58,236 nucleotides of DNA, taken from Candidatus Micrarchaeota archaeon. Lineage in GTDB: Archaea; Micrarchaeota; Micrarchaeia; Micrarchaeales; CABMGC01. The translations under genes were made by a program, and so were the position numbers. The notes under the pieces are model-generated. The model saw nothing but the letters and a program-made list of their open reading frames with translations, made no database searches and was not told the DNA's origin. Where the stretch lies: the NCBI GenBank assembly GCA_021791725.1, contig JAJYVZ010000001.1, positions 1 to 58,236 of the forward strand, written 5' to 3'. This document shows, piece by piece, positions 9,439 to 19,084 of the stretch (its first letter is position 1; each line of letters begins with the position of its first letter).

Positions 9439-10749
9439 TTACAGCGTGAACTGCTCCCCAATCCTTGGCAGGTGGGTCTTGTACTTCTCCTTCAACGCGT
9501 CATTGAACTGCCTTGACTTTGCGGGCTCTCCGTGCACTATGAATATATTCTCCAATCCGTTTATGCTTTCCACGAACCTCTCGAGCTGCTGCCTGTCTGC
9601 GTGCGCCGAAAGATGGTAAGTCTCGACCTCGAGATTCACCGGAACCTTGCGTCCGTTTATGTCAAGCTCCTTCTTCCCGTCCTGCAGGTCCCTTCCTCTC
9701 GTTCCTTCCACCTGATATCCTACAAGCATCATCTTGTTCTCCGTATATCTTCCAAGCCTTTCCAGGTATCTCAGCACAGGCCCTCCGTTCAGCATTCCGC
9801 TGGTCGTGACTATGATGCACGATTCCTGCGAATTCATTATCTTCCTGCGCATCTGGTTCGAAGTCACGTCGAAGAAGTTCTTGCTCTTGAACGGGTCGTC
9901 CTCGCTCATGAGTATCCTCTTCTGCAGCTCCTCCCTGCAGTATATTACGTTGTGCCTGTGTATCCTCAGGGCCTTGTTTATCATGCCGTCTGTGTATATC
10001 GGTATATGAGGCAGCGATCCGGAATGCATGTAATCGTCAAGGGTGAGCATTATCTCCTGACTCCTTCCAACCCCGAAGCTGGGTATTATCACCTTGCCTC
10101 CCTGCTTGACCGTCTCCTTTATGCTGCTCACCATGTCTGTCGTTATCTTCTTCTCCGTGGGAAATATGTCATTGTCCCCCCCGTAAGTGCTCTCGGTTAT
10201 AAGCGTGCGCGCATGCAGGTTCTCGCGCGGTGCAGGATCAAGGATCTTCGACATCCCGAAGTTTATATCGCCAGTGTATATGAGGCTCTCCCTTCCGTCA
10301 CTTACCTCTATTATGGAGCTTCCCAGGATATGCCCCGCCTTCTGGAGCTTTACCGTAAGGTCCTTTATCCTGAATTCTTCGTTGAACTCCGCCATCTTGG
10401 AGTTCCTCTGCATCTTAAGCACACCGTCCCTAGTGACGTCCTTAGGGTTGGATATCTTCAGGTAATCGCTTATTATCACGTTTCCGAGCTCGAAAGTCGG
10501 CTTCGTGAGGTACGTGGGGCCTTCCCATCCTCCGGAATATATGTGCGGCAGGAATCCGATGTGGTCAAGGTGCGCGTGAGTGACCACTATCCCATCCACA
10601 TCCTTGAGTTCATGCTTTTCTATGGTTGGATATGCGATTGGATCGCCAATCTTCACTCCAGAGTCCAGCAGGATCTTCGTATTTCCGCTCTCTATCATTA
10701 TGCAGCTCCTTCCAACTTCTTCAGCCGCTCCAAAAAATTTTAATATCAA
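9439..10749 (-). CDS. Beta-CASP metallo-beta-lactamase ribonuclease (aCPSF1-like, no KH domains)
   Basis: EVGRS, THAHLDH, AGHILGS, YTGD, ESTYG, GRSQE, SAHAD, VHGE. Confidence 0.93.
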   Translation of the reverse strand: MILKFFGAAEEVGRSCIMIESGNTKILLDSGVKIGDPIAYPTIEKHELKDVDGIVVTHAHLDHIGFLPHIYSGGWEGPTYLTKPTFELGNVIISDYLKISNPKDVTRDGVLKMQRNSKMAEFNEEFRIKDLTVKLQKAGHILGSSIIEVSDGRESLIYTGDINFGMSKILDPAPRENLHARTLITESTYGGDNDIFPTEKKITTDMVSSIKETVKQGGKVIIPSFGVGRSQEIMLTLDDYMHSGSLPHIPIYTDGMINKALRIHRHNVIYCREELQKRILMSEDDPFKSKNFFDVTSNQMRRKIMNSQESCIIVTTSGMLNGGPVLRYLERLGRYTENKMMLVGYQVEGTRGRDLQDGKKELDINGRKVPVNLEVETYHLSAHADRQQLERFVESINGLENIFIVHGEPAKSRQFNDALKEKYKTHLPRIGEQFTL

Positions 10750-11415
10750 TCAAACACCTAGTTGTGCGCCACCGCCCCTGGCGTCTTCCTTCTGTATTTC
10801 GTCAATGCTGGCTGCACTGGGGCGGCTCTTCTTCTTTATGACCGCAATGTCCTCAAGGCTTATGCTCATCGGCCCCTGTTCCTCGTGCCTCTGCGGCTTC
10901 CTCTCATCATGAACCCTCCTAGACCTGTCTATGCTCCTCAGCTCCGAATACAGGTCATCGAGTCTTTTGTGGTTCTCCTCAATCTTCTTATCGAGCTCGT
11001 CTATCTCCTTGTTGAGGCTGACTGTGTCGTCCTTGAGAAAATTAATTCTCCTCTTCATCCTGAATATTTTTATCGCGCCGTCTATCTGAGAGTCTATGTC
11101 GTTTATCTCTCTGATTATCTCCTTCTCCGCCCCCAGGCTTCTTGTCTCGGTGGATATCCTGAACTCGAGCTTGTCCTTCATCCTCCTAAGCCTGCCTATG
11201 TTCGGTCCCCTGCCTGCGCTCTCTGACTGCTTTGAAAGCGCCTCGAGTTCTGCTTCCTTGTACTTGAGCAGCTTTCTCTTCTTCTTTATGCTTATTATAA
11301 TGTCTATCCTCTTTTTCTTCTCCTCTTCTATGAGCCTGTTGAGCTCTATTATTCTTCCCTCCTTGGGGCTTGGCTTTGCCCCATTCTGAACAGGCGCCCC
11401 GTTGTTGGTATCCAC
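10750..11415 (-). CDS. Coiled-coil protein, function unknown
   Basis: Charged heptad-like helices (KLEFRISTE...EKEII); tightly packed in the operon. Confidence 0.75.
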   Translation of the reverse strand: MDTNNGAPVQNGAKPSPKEGRIIELNRLIEEEKKKRIDIIISIKKKRKLLKYKEAELEALSKQSESAGRGPNIGRLRRMKDKLEFRISTETRSLGAEKEIIREINDIDSQIDGAIKIFRMKRRINFLKDDTVSLNKEIDELDKKIEENHKRLDDLYSELRSIDRSRRVHDERKPQRHEEQGPMSISLEDIAVIKKKSRPSAASIDEIQKEDARGGGAQLGV

Positions 11416-11433
11416 TGCATCCCTTATCTATTA

Positions 11434-12603
11434 TCATTTCTCGTTAGAGGCAACTAGCCTATAAATGCTAAGCATTTTATCCGTAACCTTCTCCAAAGAA
11501 AAGTTCTGCGCCGTTTTAACGGCACTCTGATAATAGGCCCCATCATTATTTAAGACTTTCTCTATCTTTCCAGCGCAGGCCGCAGGATTCATAGGATCGA
11601 ACTTCTCGCCATTTCTCCCATTCTTTATCAGTTCCCTAAGCGCAAGGCTGTCCGCCCCTATCACCGGCTTTCCAAGAGCCATTGCCTCAAGAGCTACGAC
11701 TCCCTGCGTCTCGAACGTCGACGGTATGCAAAACGCGTCGCATGCCGCATAATAATCCGGCAGTTCCGCCTTATCCACGAAGCCCACGAACCTTACGTTG
11801 CCGAGACTAAGCCTGTCTGCATAGTTCCTGTAATATTCGTATGCAGGGCCCGTGCCTCCTATAATAAATTTTATATCCTTCCTAGATCTCCCGAGCCTGT
11901 GAGCTGCAAGAAGCAGGGTTTCTATCCTCTTCTCTCGGCTCGTCCTTCCTATGTATAGCACCAATTTCTCCCTGCTGCGCACTCCAAGGCTCTTCCTCAC
12001 GCGCTCGCCGTCAGCGTTCTTGTCGTTGAACACCGACAGGTCTATGCCGTTTGGCACCACGTGCGTGTTCTTTATCTTCATACGCCTCAGCATCCTCTCT
12101 ATCGTGCCTGTCGGCGCGACAGTTGCGTCGCATCTATTGTAGAACAGGCGCAGATACGCCTTCACCGACCTGTTTGCGAAGAACTTGAAGACGCGTATGT
12201 TCGGATAGTAATTCTCCATTATGCTCTTGTCGTTAACGAGCGTATGGTACGACCCTACTATCGGCTTTCCGGAGAACTTGGCGGCCACTATGGCAGCAAG
12301 GCCCATTGGCGCAGGCGTCTGCGCATGTATAAGATCTATCTTGTTTGCCATTACCCTGAAAACAGACGCATAAGGGAAGACAGCAACCTTGTATTGCGGA
12401 TAAGGCTTGAAATCGAAGCCTTCTACTATGAACACCTTTTTGTTCCCGTACTTCCTCTTTGTCCTGGCGGTGCCGCTGGCGAATATATATACCTCATGGC
12501 CTCTCCTCTCAAGCTCTTTCTTAAGCCCAAGCATTGACGTTACAACGCCATCGACGGCAGGCAGATAAGAATCGGAGTAGAACGCTATCTTCAGCTTGTC
12601 CAT
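11434..12603 (-). CDS. Glycosyltransferase family 4 (GT-B)
   Basis: DSYLPAVDGVVTS, PNGID, GR..REK, ETQGVVALEAMA.G.PVI. Confidence 0.93.
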   Translation of the reverse strand: MDKLKIAFYSDSYLPAVDGVVTSMLGLKKELERRGHEVYIFASGTARTKRKYGNKKVFIVEGFDFKPYPQYKVAVFPYASVFRVMANKIDLIHAQTPAPMGLAAIVAAKFSGKPIVGSYHTLVNDKSIMENYYPNIRVFKFFANRSVKAYLRLFYNRCDATVAPTGTIERMLRRMKIKNTHVVPNGIDLSVFNDKNADGERVRKSLGVRSREKLVLYIGRTSREKRIETLLLAAHRLGRSRKDIKFIIGGTGPAYEYYRNYADRLSLGNVRFVGFVDKAELPDYYAACDAFCIPSTFETQGVVALEAMALGKPVIGADSLALRELIKNGRNGEKFDPMNPAACAGKIEKVLNNDGAYYQSAVKTAQNFSLEKVTDKMLSIYRLVASNEK

Positions 12604-12610
12604 CTATACA

Positions 12611-13009
12611 CTACAACTTTACCGGCTCCCCGCCGGCGCTCTTTATCTTTTCAGCTGCTGACGCAGAAAAAGCGGCAGCTCTTACTATGGCTGGTTTCTC
12701 AAGCTTGCCGTCTCCCAGCACCTTGTATCCCGCAAGCTCTATCACAGGTCTCTCCTCTTTCTTCTCTCTCGCCATCTTCGATACTTTCCACAGGTCTATC
12801 TCCTTGAGGTCCTTCCTTCCCCATCTTGTGAAGCCTGTCTTGCCTATCCTCTCCCTCTCATATTTGACTATGTGCGTGAACTTGTGCTTTCTTCCAGCCT
12901 TTCCAACTCCTCCCCTTCCACCTGCCCCTCTCCTGTTCTTTATGTTGCCGGCTCCCCACCTTCTTGTGCCAAGATACCTCCTGTTCCGCTTCCTGTTTCT
13001 CATTACCAT
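12611..13009 (-). CDS. rpl15: 50S ribosomal protein uL15
   Basis: G.G..K.RRGAGGRGG.G.AG..KHK; KVLGDG; FSASAAEKIKSAGG. Confidence 0.96.
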   Translation of the reverse strand: MVMRNRKRNRRYLGTRRWGAGNIKNRRGAGGRGGVGKAGRKHKFTHIVKYERERIGKTGFTRWGRKDLKEIDLWKVSKMAREKKEERPVIELAGYKVLGDGKLEKPAIVRAAAFSASAAEKIKSAGGEPVKL

Positions 13010-13440
13010 CAGATCATCCTCTCTATAAGCGCGTTTATCTCCACGCCCCTGTATCCAAGATCGCCCTTGTCCACGAAGCTTCTCTTTATGTCCTTGTATC
13101 CGCGCTTTGGTGGCTTCATGCCCATCGGCAGCCTTATACCGGCGTCAGCGGCCCTCACCGCCCCGTTCATCAGCTTGTCCATGTTATCCTTCTCCACCTT
13201 AATGCCTTTGCTCTCGAGCAGCCTCTCAAGCACCTTCCTGTCTATCTCTCCGAAGGTTATGAAATCCTTGCACTTGTTTATCATCCCTACGTTTGACTTC
13301 GTGCCGTAGATGAGCGATAGGCTGTTCACCCTCTTGAGGTTCAGCCTATTCATGGTCTCCGCTATGCTCTGCCTGACGTTCACGCGTCCGCGGATCCGTA
13401 CTGCTGCTACTAGCTTGTTGTCAATCTTAACTTTTGCCAT
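13009..13440 (-). CDS. rpl30: 50S ribosomal protein uL30 (archaeal long form)
   Basis: AAVRIRGRV, ITFGEI, PPKRGY, GDLGYRG..IN.LI.RM. Confidence 0.95.
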   Translation of the reverse strand: MAKVKIDNKLVAAVRIRGRVNVRQSIAETMNRLNLKRVNSLSLIYGTKSNVGMINKCKDFITFGEIDRKVLERLLESKGIKVEKDNMDKLMNGAVRAADAGIRLPMGMKPPKRGYKDIKRSFVDKGDLGYRGVEINALIERMI

Positions 13441-13562
13441 AGAAGACACTGTTTCTATCGAAATAAAGCAATTAGATTTAGTTATTATTGCTGGGAAAGG
13501 TTTTTAACCCCTCGCTTGAATCCCTCACCAGACCGAGATTCTTCTTTGAAATGGCGCCGTAC

Positions 13563-14138
13563 TCACTCCCCGCGGAATCCCAGTCGTTTCCTTATCGCAT
13601 CGTTTATCAGTTCCAGAGCCTCCTTGTTGTTGGAAGCGTAGACAGAAGTGCCGATGCCCTTGTCATCTTTCAGGGTTGGATCAGCGCCCCTGGAGAGCAG
13701 CAGCCTCACAATGTCTATATTCTTCTCGCTTAGGCACGCGATCATGAGGGCAGTTACTCCCCCGTCAGTTCTGGCATCTATGTCAAGGCCCTTGCCCTCC
13801 TCTATTAAAATTTTTGCGATATCGCTGCGTTCCATGTATACTGCCCACACCAGCGCCGTCTCTTTATTATAACTCAGCAGGTTTGGATCCGCGCCCTCTT
13901 GCAGGAGCTTCCTTACGCTTTCCCCCTTTCCCCAGCCTACCGCGTACATCAACATTGTATTCCCGTCGGAATAGGCGTTTATGTTGGCTCCGCCCTTTAT
14001 GCTCCTCCCGATCTGTTCTGCATCTCCTTTGAACACTGCCATGAGGAGCATCTTATCCAGCTCAGGCTGCATCTTGCTTCTGACTATGTCCTTCGCCTGT
14101 TCCAGAATTGGCTTGTAATGCGCCCCCATCCCATCCAT
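13563..14138 (-). CDS. Ankyrin repeat protein
   Basis: Repeats GANIN...GNTMLMYA, GADPN...ETALVWA, GVTALMIA...LLSRGAD. Confidence 0.92.
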   Translation of the reverse strand: MDGMGAHYKPILEQAKDIVRSKMQPELDKMLLMAVFKGDAEQIGRSIKGGANINAYSDGNTMLMYAVGWGKGESVRKLLQEGADPNLLSYNKETALVWAVYMERSDIAKILIEEGKGLDIDARTDGGVTALMIACLSEKNIDIVRLLLSRGADPTLKDDKGIGTSVYASNNKEALELINDAIRKRLGFRGE

Positions 14139-14295
14139 TCATATATGTGTCTTGCGTTTCAGACTTTATGCCTTCTCTACAATCTACCCCTGTATAAAAT
14201 CCGATTTGAATCACGGCTCTTCGACAAAGGCGGATCCGCACGCCGCTTCCTATAAATCCGAGCCGGCGCACCGTACAAAACAAAAACCGAAGTAT

Positions 14296-14490
14296 CTACG
14301 CACCTCCGTGTACGTAGCGCCTGCCCCTTAGAGCTGACGCAACCGCCGCTATCGCCGCCATTATCGCAGCTACTATCAACACAGTGTGAATACCGTCACT
14401 AAACGGCCGCGAAATCAAGGTTGGAAAGAAGGATGTACCGGTTATTATGGTAAGATTTGCTTTCGGTATGGTCTGCATCGCATTCTGCTA
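14296..14490 (-). pseudogene. C-terminal remnant of an MFS (EmrB/QacA-like) transporter
   Basis: ITGTSFFPTLISRPFSDGIHTVLIVAAIMAAIAAVASALRG resembles the last TM helix of 14-TM MFS proteins; upstream in-frame stop and no room for the rest. Confidence 0.65.
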
Positions 14491-14599
14491 ATCCTAACTG
14501 GAATTATACATTGAATTAGTCAACTTATTTTGCTGTAATCCCTAAGTTCCACTCTCATGCCACATGCGTCCAGCGATCCAAACACCAAAGGAAGCAACG

Positions 14600-15988
14600 C
14601 TACTTCTTGTTTAGGTATCTCGCATAATCGAGAAGTTTCCTGAGGGAAAGGACCGCGGAAGTCGGAGAATCGTAAACCGGCAACCCAGAGCTTTCCATCT
14701 CCGCCTTGTGCACCTGCGTGTAATCAGAACCCACGCTTATCACGACCATAGGTATGTTCAGCTCCTCCTTGTAGCGCGCAAGCGTGGCAGCTACCTTCGA
14801 ATCCGCGCCAGGGGTCTGGAAAAGAGCTATCGCTATTATCATGTCGACGTTCCCATCCTTTGATATCGCAGACAGCGCAGTCTCGTAACTCTTGTCGTTT
14901 GCGTCTCCGGCCATGTCCAGCGGATTCTTTATGTTGACTATGGAAGAGAAGGAATTCTTGAAAATCTTCTTGGTATTTTCACTGAACCCGGCCAGTCTCA
15001 GGCCGTTCAGGTATATCCTGTCAGTAGTCAGTACTCCCGCTCCTCCCCCATTCGTTATCACTGCCACCCTGTCGCCTTTTGGCATGGGTTCGGAATCGAA
15101 CGCCTTCGCAAAGTAGAGCAGGTCATTCAGATCATTGGCCACGACAAAGCCGAACTGCCTGAACAACGCTTCGTATGCCTCGTTGCTCCCTGCAAGCGCA
15201 GCAGTGTGCGAATGCGCGGCAACTGCTCCCTCTGATGTCACGCCGCCCTTCAGCACTATCACGGGCTTCCTCTTTGTTACCTCCTTTGCAATTTCTATGA
15301 ACTCCTTCCCCCTTTTTACGCCTTCTATGTACATTATGATGACCTTAGTATCCTTGTCTTTCATCAGGTATTCGAGTATGTCGGCTTCGTCTATGTAAGC
15401 CGCGTTCCCGTAAGATATGAACTTCGAGAGCCCGAAGCCTTCCTTAGATATTAGGTCAAGGATTGTACTTCCTACCGCTCCACTCTGCGAGACGAAGCTC
15501 ACACCGCCTATCCTTGGCCTGCTGAGCTTGTACGTCGGCAGGAAAAGGGTGTCTATCCTCGATCTCGGGTCCATGACTCCAAGGCAGTTCGGCCCTAACA
15601 TCGGAATCCTGTACTTTTCCGCGATCCTGGCTATTCTTTCCTGCAGTTGCACGTTGCCTATCTCAGCGAATCCTCCGCTGACTACCACTACGCTCTTAAC
15701 CTTTGCCCTGCCGCACTCTTCCAAGACAAGCGGCACCACCTGTGCAGGGACCGCTATGACCGCAAGGTCGATCTCACTACCTATCTTCATGACACTGGTA
15801 TATGTTGTCATTCCTAATATCTGCTCCCCGCTCTTGTTCACCGGATACAGTTTTCCAGTATATCCTGCGTCTATGTAATTCTGGAGTATGACGTGGCCTA
15901 CCTTCCTCTGATCCCTAGATGCGCCTATAATCGCCACACTCTTTGGTTTCAGCATCGGGCCTAAGTCGAACCTCTTTTTGAAAACCAC
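14600..15988 (-). CDS. acdA: ADP-forming acetate--CoA ligase alpha subunit
   Basis: PKSVAIIGAS, GPNCLG, SQSGA, AAHSHTAALAG (phospho-His), TNGGGAG, NPLD. Confidence 0.94.
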   Translation of the reverse strand: MVFKKRFDLGPMLKPKSVAIIGASRDQRKVGHVILQNYIDAGYTGKLYPVNKSGEQILGMTTYTSVMKIGSEIDLAVIAVPAQVVPLVLEECGRAKVKSVVVVSGGFAEIGNVQLQERIARIAEKYRIPMLGPNCLGVMDPRSRIDTLFLPTYKLSRPRIGGVSFVSQSGAVGSTILDLISKEGFGLSKFISYGNAAYIDEADILEYLMKDKDTKVIIMYIEGVKRGKEFIEIAKEVTKRKPVIVLKGGVTSEGAVAAHSHTAALAGSNEAYEALFRQFGFVVANDLNDLLYFAKAFDSEPMPKGDRVAVITNGGGAGVLTTDRIYLNGLRLAGFSENTKKIFKNSFSSIVNIKNPLDMAGDANDKSYETALSAISKDGNVDMIIAIALFQTPGADSKVAATLARYKEELNIPMVVISVGSDYTQVHKAEMESSGLPVYDSPTSAVLSLRKLLDYARYLNKK

Positions 15989-15992
15989 AACA

Positions 15993-16607
15993 TCACCAAA
16001 TCATTCTTATGTCTACTACGTCATATCCGCCTTTTCTTATTATTATCGGATTTAGGTCTAACTCCTTTATCCTGTTTTCCTCAAGCATCTTAGATATCTT
16101 CATTAGCAGTTCAACTACCATGTCTTCGGATTCCCCGTTGTTGGTTATAATATCCCGTGACCTGAGCTGCCCTACCATCTGCCTCGCATCATATCTTGTT
16201 ATTGGGCAGATGCGCACAGCCACATCCCTGAAAGCCTCGGCATAAACGCCTCCAAGGCCAAGAAGTATGAGGTTGCCGAACTGGTCGTCCTTCCTACCTC
16301 CGAATATGGCCTCTATTCCACTCTCGGCCATCCTCTGCGCAATGATCTTGTATGGCCTCAGCTTCCTTCCCTTTCCTGCCAGCTGCCTGAACGCTTCCTC
16401 TATCTCCGCGTCTTCCTTTAAATCGACCTTCACGAGCCCAGCCTTTGACTTGTGCAGTGCCTTTTGTGACAGAAGCTTGAGAACTATCTTCCTTCCCTTC
16501 GAGAATTCCTTTGCGTCCTCAGCATCCGTCACGTACCTGCTCTCTATGCTCCTTATGCCGTACTTCCTCAGGAGATTGCTGGCTTCTACGTAATCCAGAA
16601 GGGCCAT
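15993..16607 (-). CDS. acdB: ADP-forming acetate--CoA ligase beta subunit (ATP-grasp)
   Basis: HKSKAGLV, D.QFG.LILLGLGG, ELDLNP; adjacent to acdA. Confidence 0.9.
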   Translation of the reverse strand: MALLDYVEASNLLRKYGIRSIESRYVTDAEDAKEFSKGRKIVLKLLSQKALHKSKAGLVKVDLKEDAEIEEAFRQLAGKGRKLRPYKIIAQRMAESGIEAIFGGRKDDQFGNLILLGLGGVYAEAFRDVAVRICPITRYDARQMVGQLRSRDIITNNGESEDMVVELLMKISKMLEENRIKELDLNPIIIRKGGYDVVDIRMIW

Positions 16608-16621
16608 TCTATCATGTGCTT

Positions 16622-17275
16622 CTATATGGTTATAGTGTTTGTGTAGACGAGCGCAACAACCACAATCACTACAACGATGATCACAAGCGGGATGGCTATG
16701 CCCTTTCCCGGCTTCTTTAACTTTGCGGCAAGCTTCTCTGCATCTTCCACCTGCCCTTCCTTCTGCTCGGTCTGCTGCGCTGGCGGCACCGCACCGGCCT
16801 GTGACGTCTTTATCTGGGTATCAGACTTGACCTTAAGGAATCCGTTCTCGGTGAGGAGCAGTTCAGCGTTGCCATTCTTGAGCTCGTATATGACAAGGCC
16901 CTGCTTGTAGAGCTTGTACAGCCTCAGGGCAAGGTCTCTTGACCTTATGTTAAGGCTTGAGGAAAGCTCCATCGGCATTCTCTTGCCTCCGGAGAGCTGG
17001 TTCAGTATCACAGAATCCAGCGGATCGAAGGGCTGCGTGCTCTTCTCATCCGCCTCCTTTATCAGGTCCCTGCCCTTCTGCGTCACGCTCATTCCGTTGG
17101 GGCCGGGAAAGGTCGAGACGAACTCTATCAGGCCCTTCTGCTTGAGCGTGCCTGCTATGTTAGAGCCGTCAAAAAAACTCGCGTTTATCATCCCAGGGAA
17201 TTTCTCCAGCGTCGCATCCGGAGTTATCCTTAGTATGCATGCAAGATCCATGAAATTTATGTCGTCAACGTCCAT
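16622..17275 (-). CDS. Hypothetical protein: two winged-helix-like segments and a C-terminal transmembrane anchor
   Basis: LKQKGLI...VTQKG and LYKQGLV...LTENG wHTH-like patterns; terminal IAIPLVIIVVVIVVVALVY. Confidence 0.7.
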   Translation of the reverse strand: MDVDDINFMDLACILRITPDATLEKFPGMINASFFDGSNIAGTLKQKGLIEFVSTFPGPNGMSVTQKGRDLIKEADEKSTQPFDPLDSVILNQLSGGKRMPMELSSSLNIRSRDLALRLYKLYKQGLVIYELKNGNAELLLTENGFLKVKSDTQIKTSQAGAVPPAQQTEQKEGQVEDAEKLAAKLKKPGKGIAIPLVIIVVVIVVVALVYTNTITI

Positions 17276-17351
17276 CCCATCCCTAATCCAATAGAAATAT
17301 TTGACATGGGTATATTAAATATGTTGTTCTGGCAAATATTGTAGTGGTCTA

Positions 17352-18605
17352 TTGGAAATCCAATTCCTCGGAGGGGCAGGAGAAGTAGGAAGGTCATCTA
17401 TACTAATTGACGGAAAGAAGAAGATACTCCTTGACAACGGAATAAAGATAGACCACATTGCCGAGTATCCGATACGCACTCCAATGGTCGATGCGCTAAT
17501 ACTCAGCCACGCGCACCTTGACCACAGCGGCTTCTCACCGGCACTCTACTTCACATCCAACTCCCCGGTTGCATTCGGCACCAAACCAACGCTTGAGCTA
17601 GGGGAGATGCTCATAGAGGACTCCATGAAGATAGCAAGGAAGGAGAAGCTGGTGCAGAGGTTCTTCAAGAAGCAGCTCAGCATGTTCGAGAAGCATTATG
17701 TGCCCCTCGCATACGGAAAGCAGATCAATTTCGCAGAGTACAACATCTCCCTTCACGATGCCGGCCACATAACCGGCAGCGCCATTAGTGCCATAGAGGA
17801 TCAGCATTCCGGGAGGAGGATTGTATACACCGGCGATTTCAAATCGTCGCCGCAATTGCTGCACAACGGCGCCGAGACGGTGAAGGGCGACATACTAATC
17901 ACCGAATCCACATATGCGAACAAGGAGCATTCGGATCGCGAAGAGATAACCAAGAGGCTGGTAGAGGAGATAAAGGACACCATAGATAATGACGGGACCG
18001 CGCTGCTGCCTGTTTTCGCGATAGGAAGAGGGCAGGAGGTTCTTGCGCTGCTCGAAAAGAACGGCCTTACCGACAGGGCCTTCCTGGACGGCATGGTTGT
18101 AAGGGCCACAGAGACCGTGCTCCAGCACAAAAGCTTCATAAGCAACCCGAAGCTTCTGGAGAGCGGGATGAGCCACGCATGCATAGTCAGGGACAGGAGG
18201 GAGAGGGCAGACGCGCTGCAACCCGGAAACATAATACTTACCACGGCAGGCATGCTTAACGGCGGGCCAATACTCGATTATATAAAAAAAGCAGACGCAA
18301 ACTCCAAGATATTCCTGACAGGATACCAGGTAGAAGGCACTAACGGCAGGAAGATACTAGAAGGCAGGCCGCTGACTATAGACAACAGAAAGTACAGGCC
18401 TAAGATGCCCGTATCCCTTTATGACATGTCTGCGCATGCAGGCAACAGCGACCTTCTAAGCTACATAAAGGAATCGGGAGCAGAGAAGATAATCTGCGTG
18501 CATGGGGAGCATGAGAACTCGCTGAGGTTCGTAGAAAAACTGAAAGAAGAAGGATTCGACGCAAGCGCGCCAAGGGTTGGGGAGAGCCTGGAAGTGGATC
18601 TCTGA
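17352..18605 (+). CDS. Beta-CASP metallo-beta-lactamase ribonuclease (aCPSF2-like)
   Basis: FLGGAGEVGRS, SHAHLDHSG, AGHITGS, YTGD, ESTY, SAHA, VHGE. Confidence 0.92.
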   Translation: MEIQFLGGAGEVGRSSILIDGKKKILLDNGIKIDHIAEYPIRTPMVDALILSHAHLDHSGFSPALYFTSNSPVAFGTKPTLELGEMLIEDSMKIARKEKLVQRFFKKQLSMFEKHYVPLAYGKQINFAEYNISLHDAGHITGSAISAIEDQHSGRRIVYTGDFKSSPQLLHNGAETVKGDILITESTYANKEHSDREEITKRLVEEIKDTIDNDGTALLPVFAIGRGQEVLALLEKNGLTDRAFLDGMVVRATETVLQHKSFISNPKLLESGMSHACIVRDRRERADALQPGNIILTTAGMLNGGPILDYIKKADANSKIFLTGYQVEGTNGRKILEGRPLTIDNRKYRPKMPVSLYDMSAHAGNSDLLSYIKESGAEKIICVHGEHENSLRFVEKLKEEGFDASAPRVGESLEVDL

Positions 18606-18609
18606 AATA

Positions 18610-18966
18610 TCAGAATTCCTCCTCAGAATTGCCAGCTTCTTCCTCCTCACTGCCAAGCGATTCGCTCGATTCCCCCTTGCCTATAACCTCGACCTTGCCG
18701 AACTTGCCTGTCGAGAGCTGCGGCGATCCGCGGAATTCCCCGACATATGCATTGGAGACCCTTACCTTATCGCCGACATTGACAGTGTCTATGTCGTTGC
18801 CCCACAAGGACATCGCTATGCTACCGCTCTGGTCCTTAAGGGTTATGTTGCAAACGTTAAGCCTCTTTCCGTACTTTGTCACTACCTCTCGTGGCTCTGC
18901 CTTCTCAGATACTACCGCCTCTACAGTGACGTTAGAAGCGCCTGCCTTTAACTCGCTTATATTCAT
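18610..18966 (-). CDS. Single-stranded DNA-binding protein (single OB fold, acidic tail)
   Basis: ISELK...LKDQSGSI.MSLW...VGD.V...NAYV.EFRG..QL; Glu-rich C-terminus. Confidence 0.9.
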   Translation of the reverse strand: MNISELKAGASNVTVEAVVSEKAEPREVVTKYGKRLNVCNITLKDQSGSIAMSLWGNDIDTVNVGDKVRVSNAYVGEFRGSPQLSTGKFGKVEVIGKGESSESLGSEEEEAGNSEEEF

Positions 18967-19084
18967 TTTTTCACCTAAGATTCAGACTATTAAATTAAGG
19001 TATCTATAAAATAACAAATTATATATACGTTTTGGCAGTTGACTACTCAAGGGAAAATGGCGCTTTTGTGGATAATGTGATTTG

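Noticed and set aside
9532..10743. 403-aa plus-strand ORF and many similar antisense ORFs across the window
   Set aside because: Shadows of well-supported genes on the opposite strand, with no recognisable motifs
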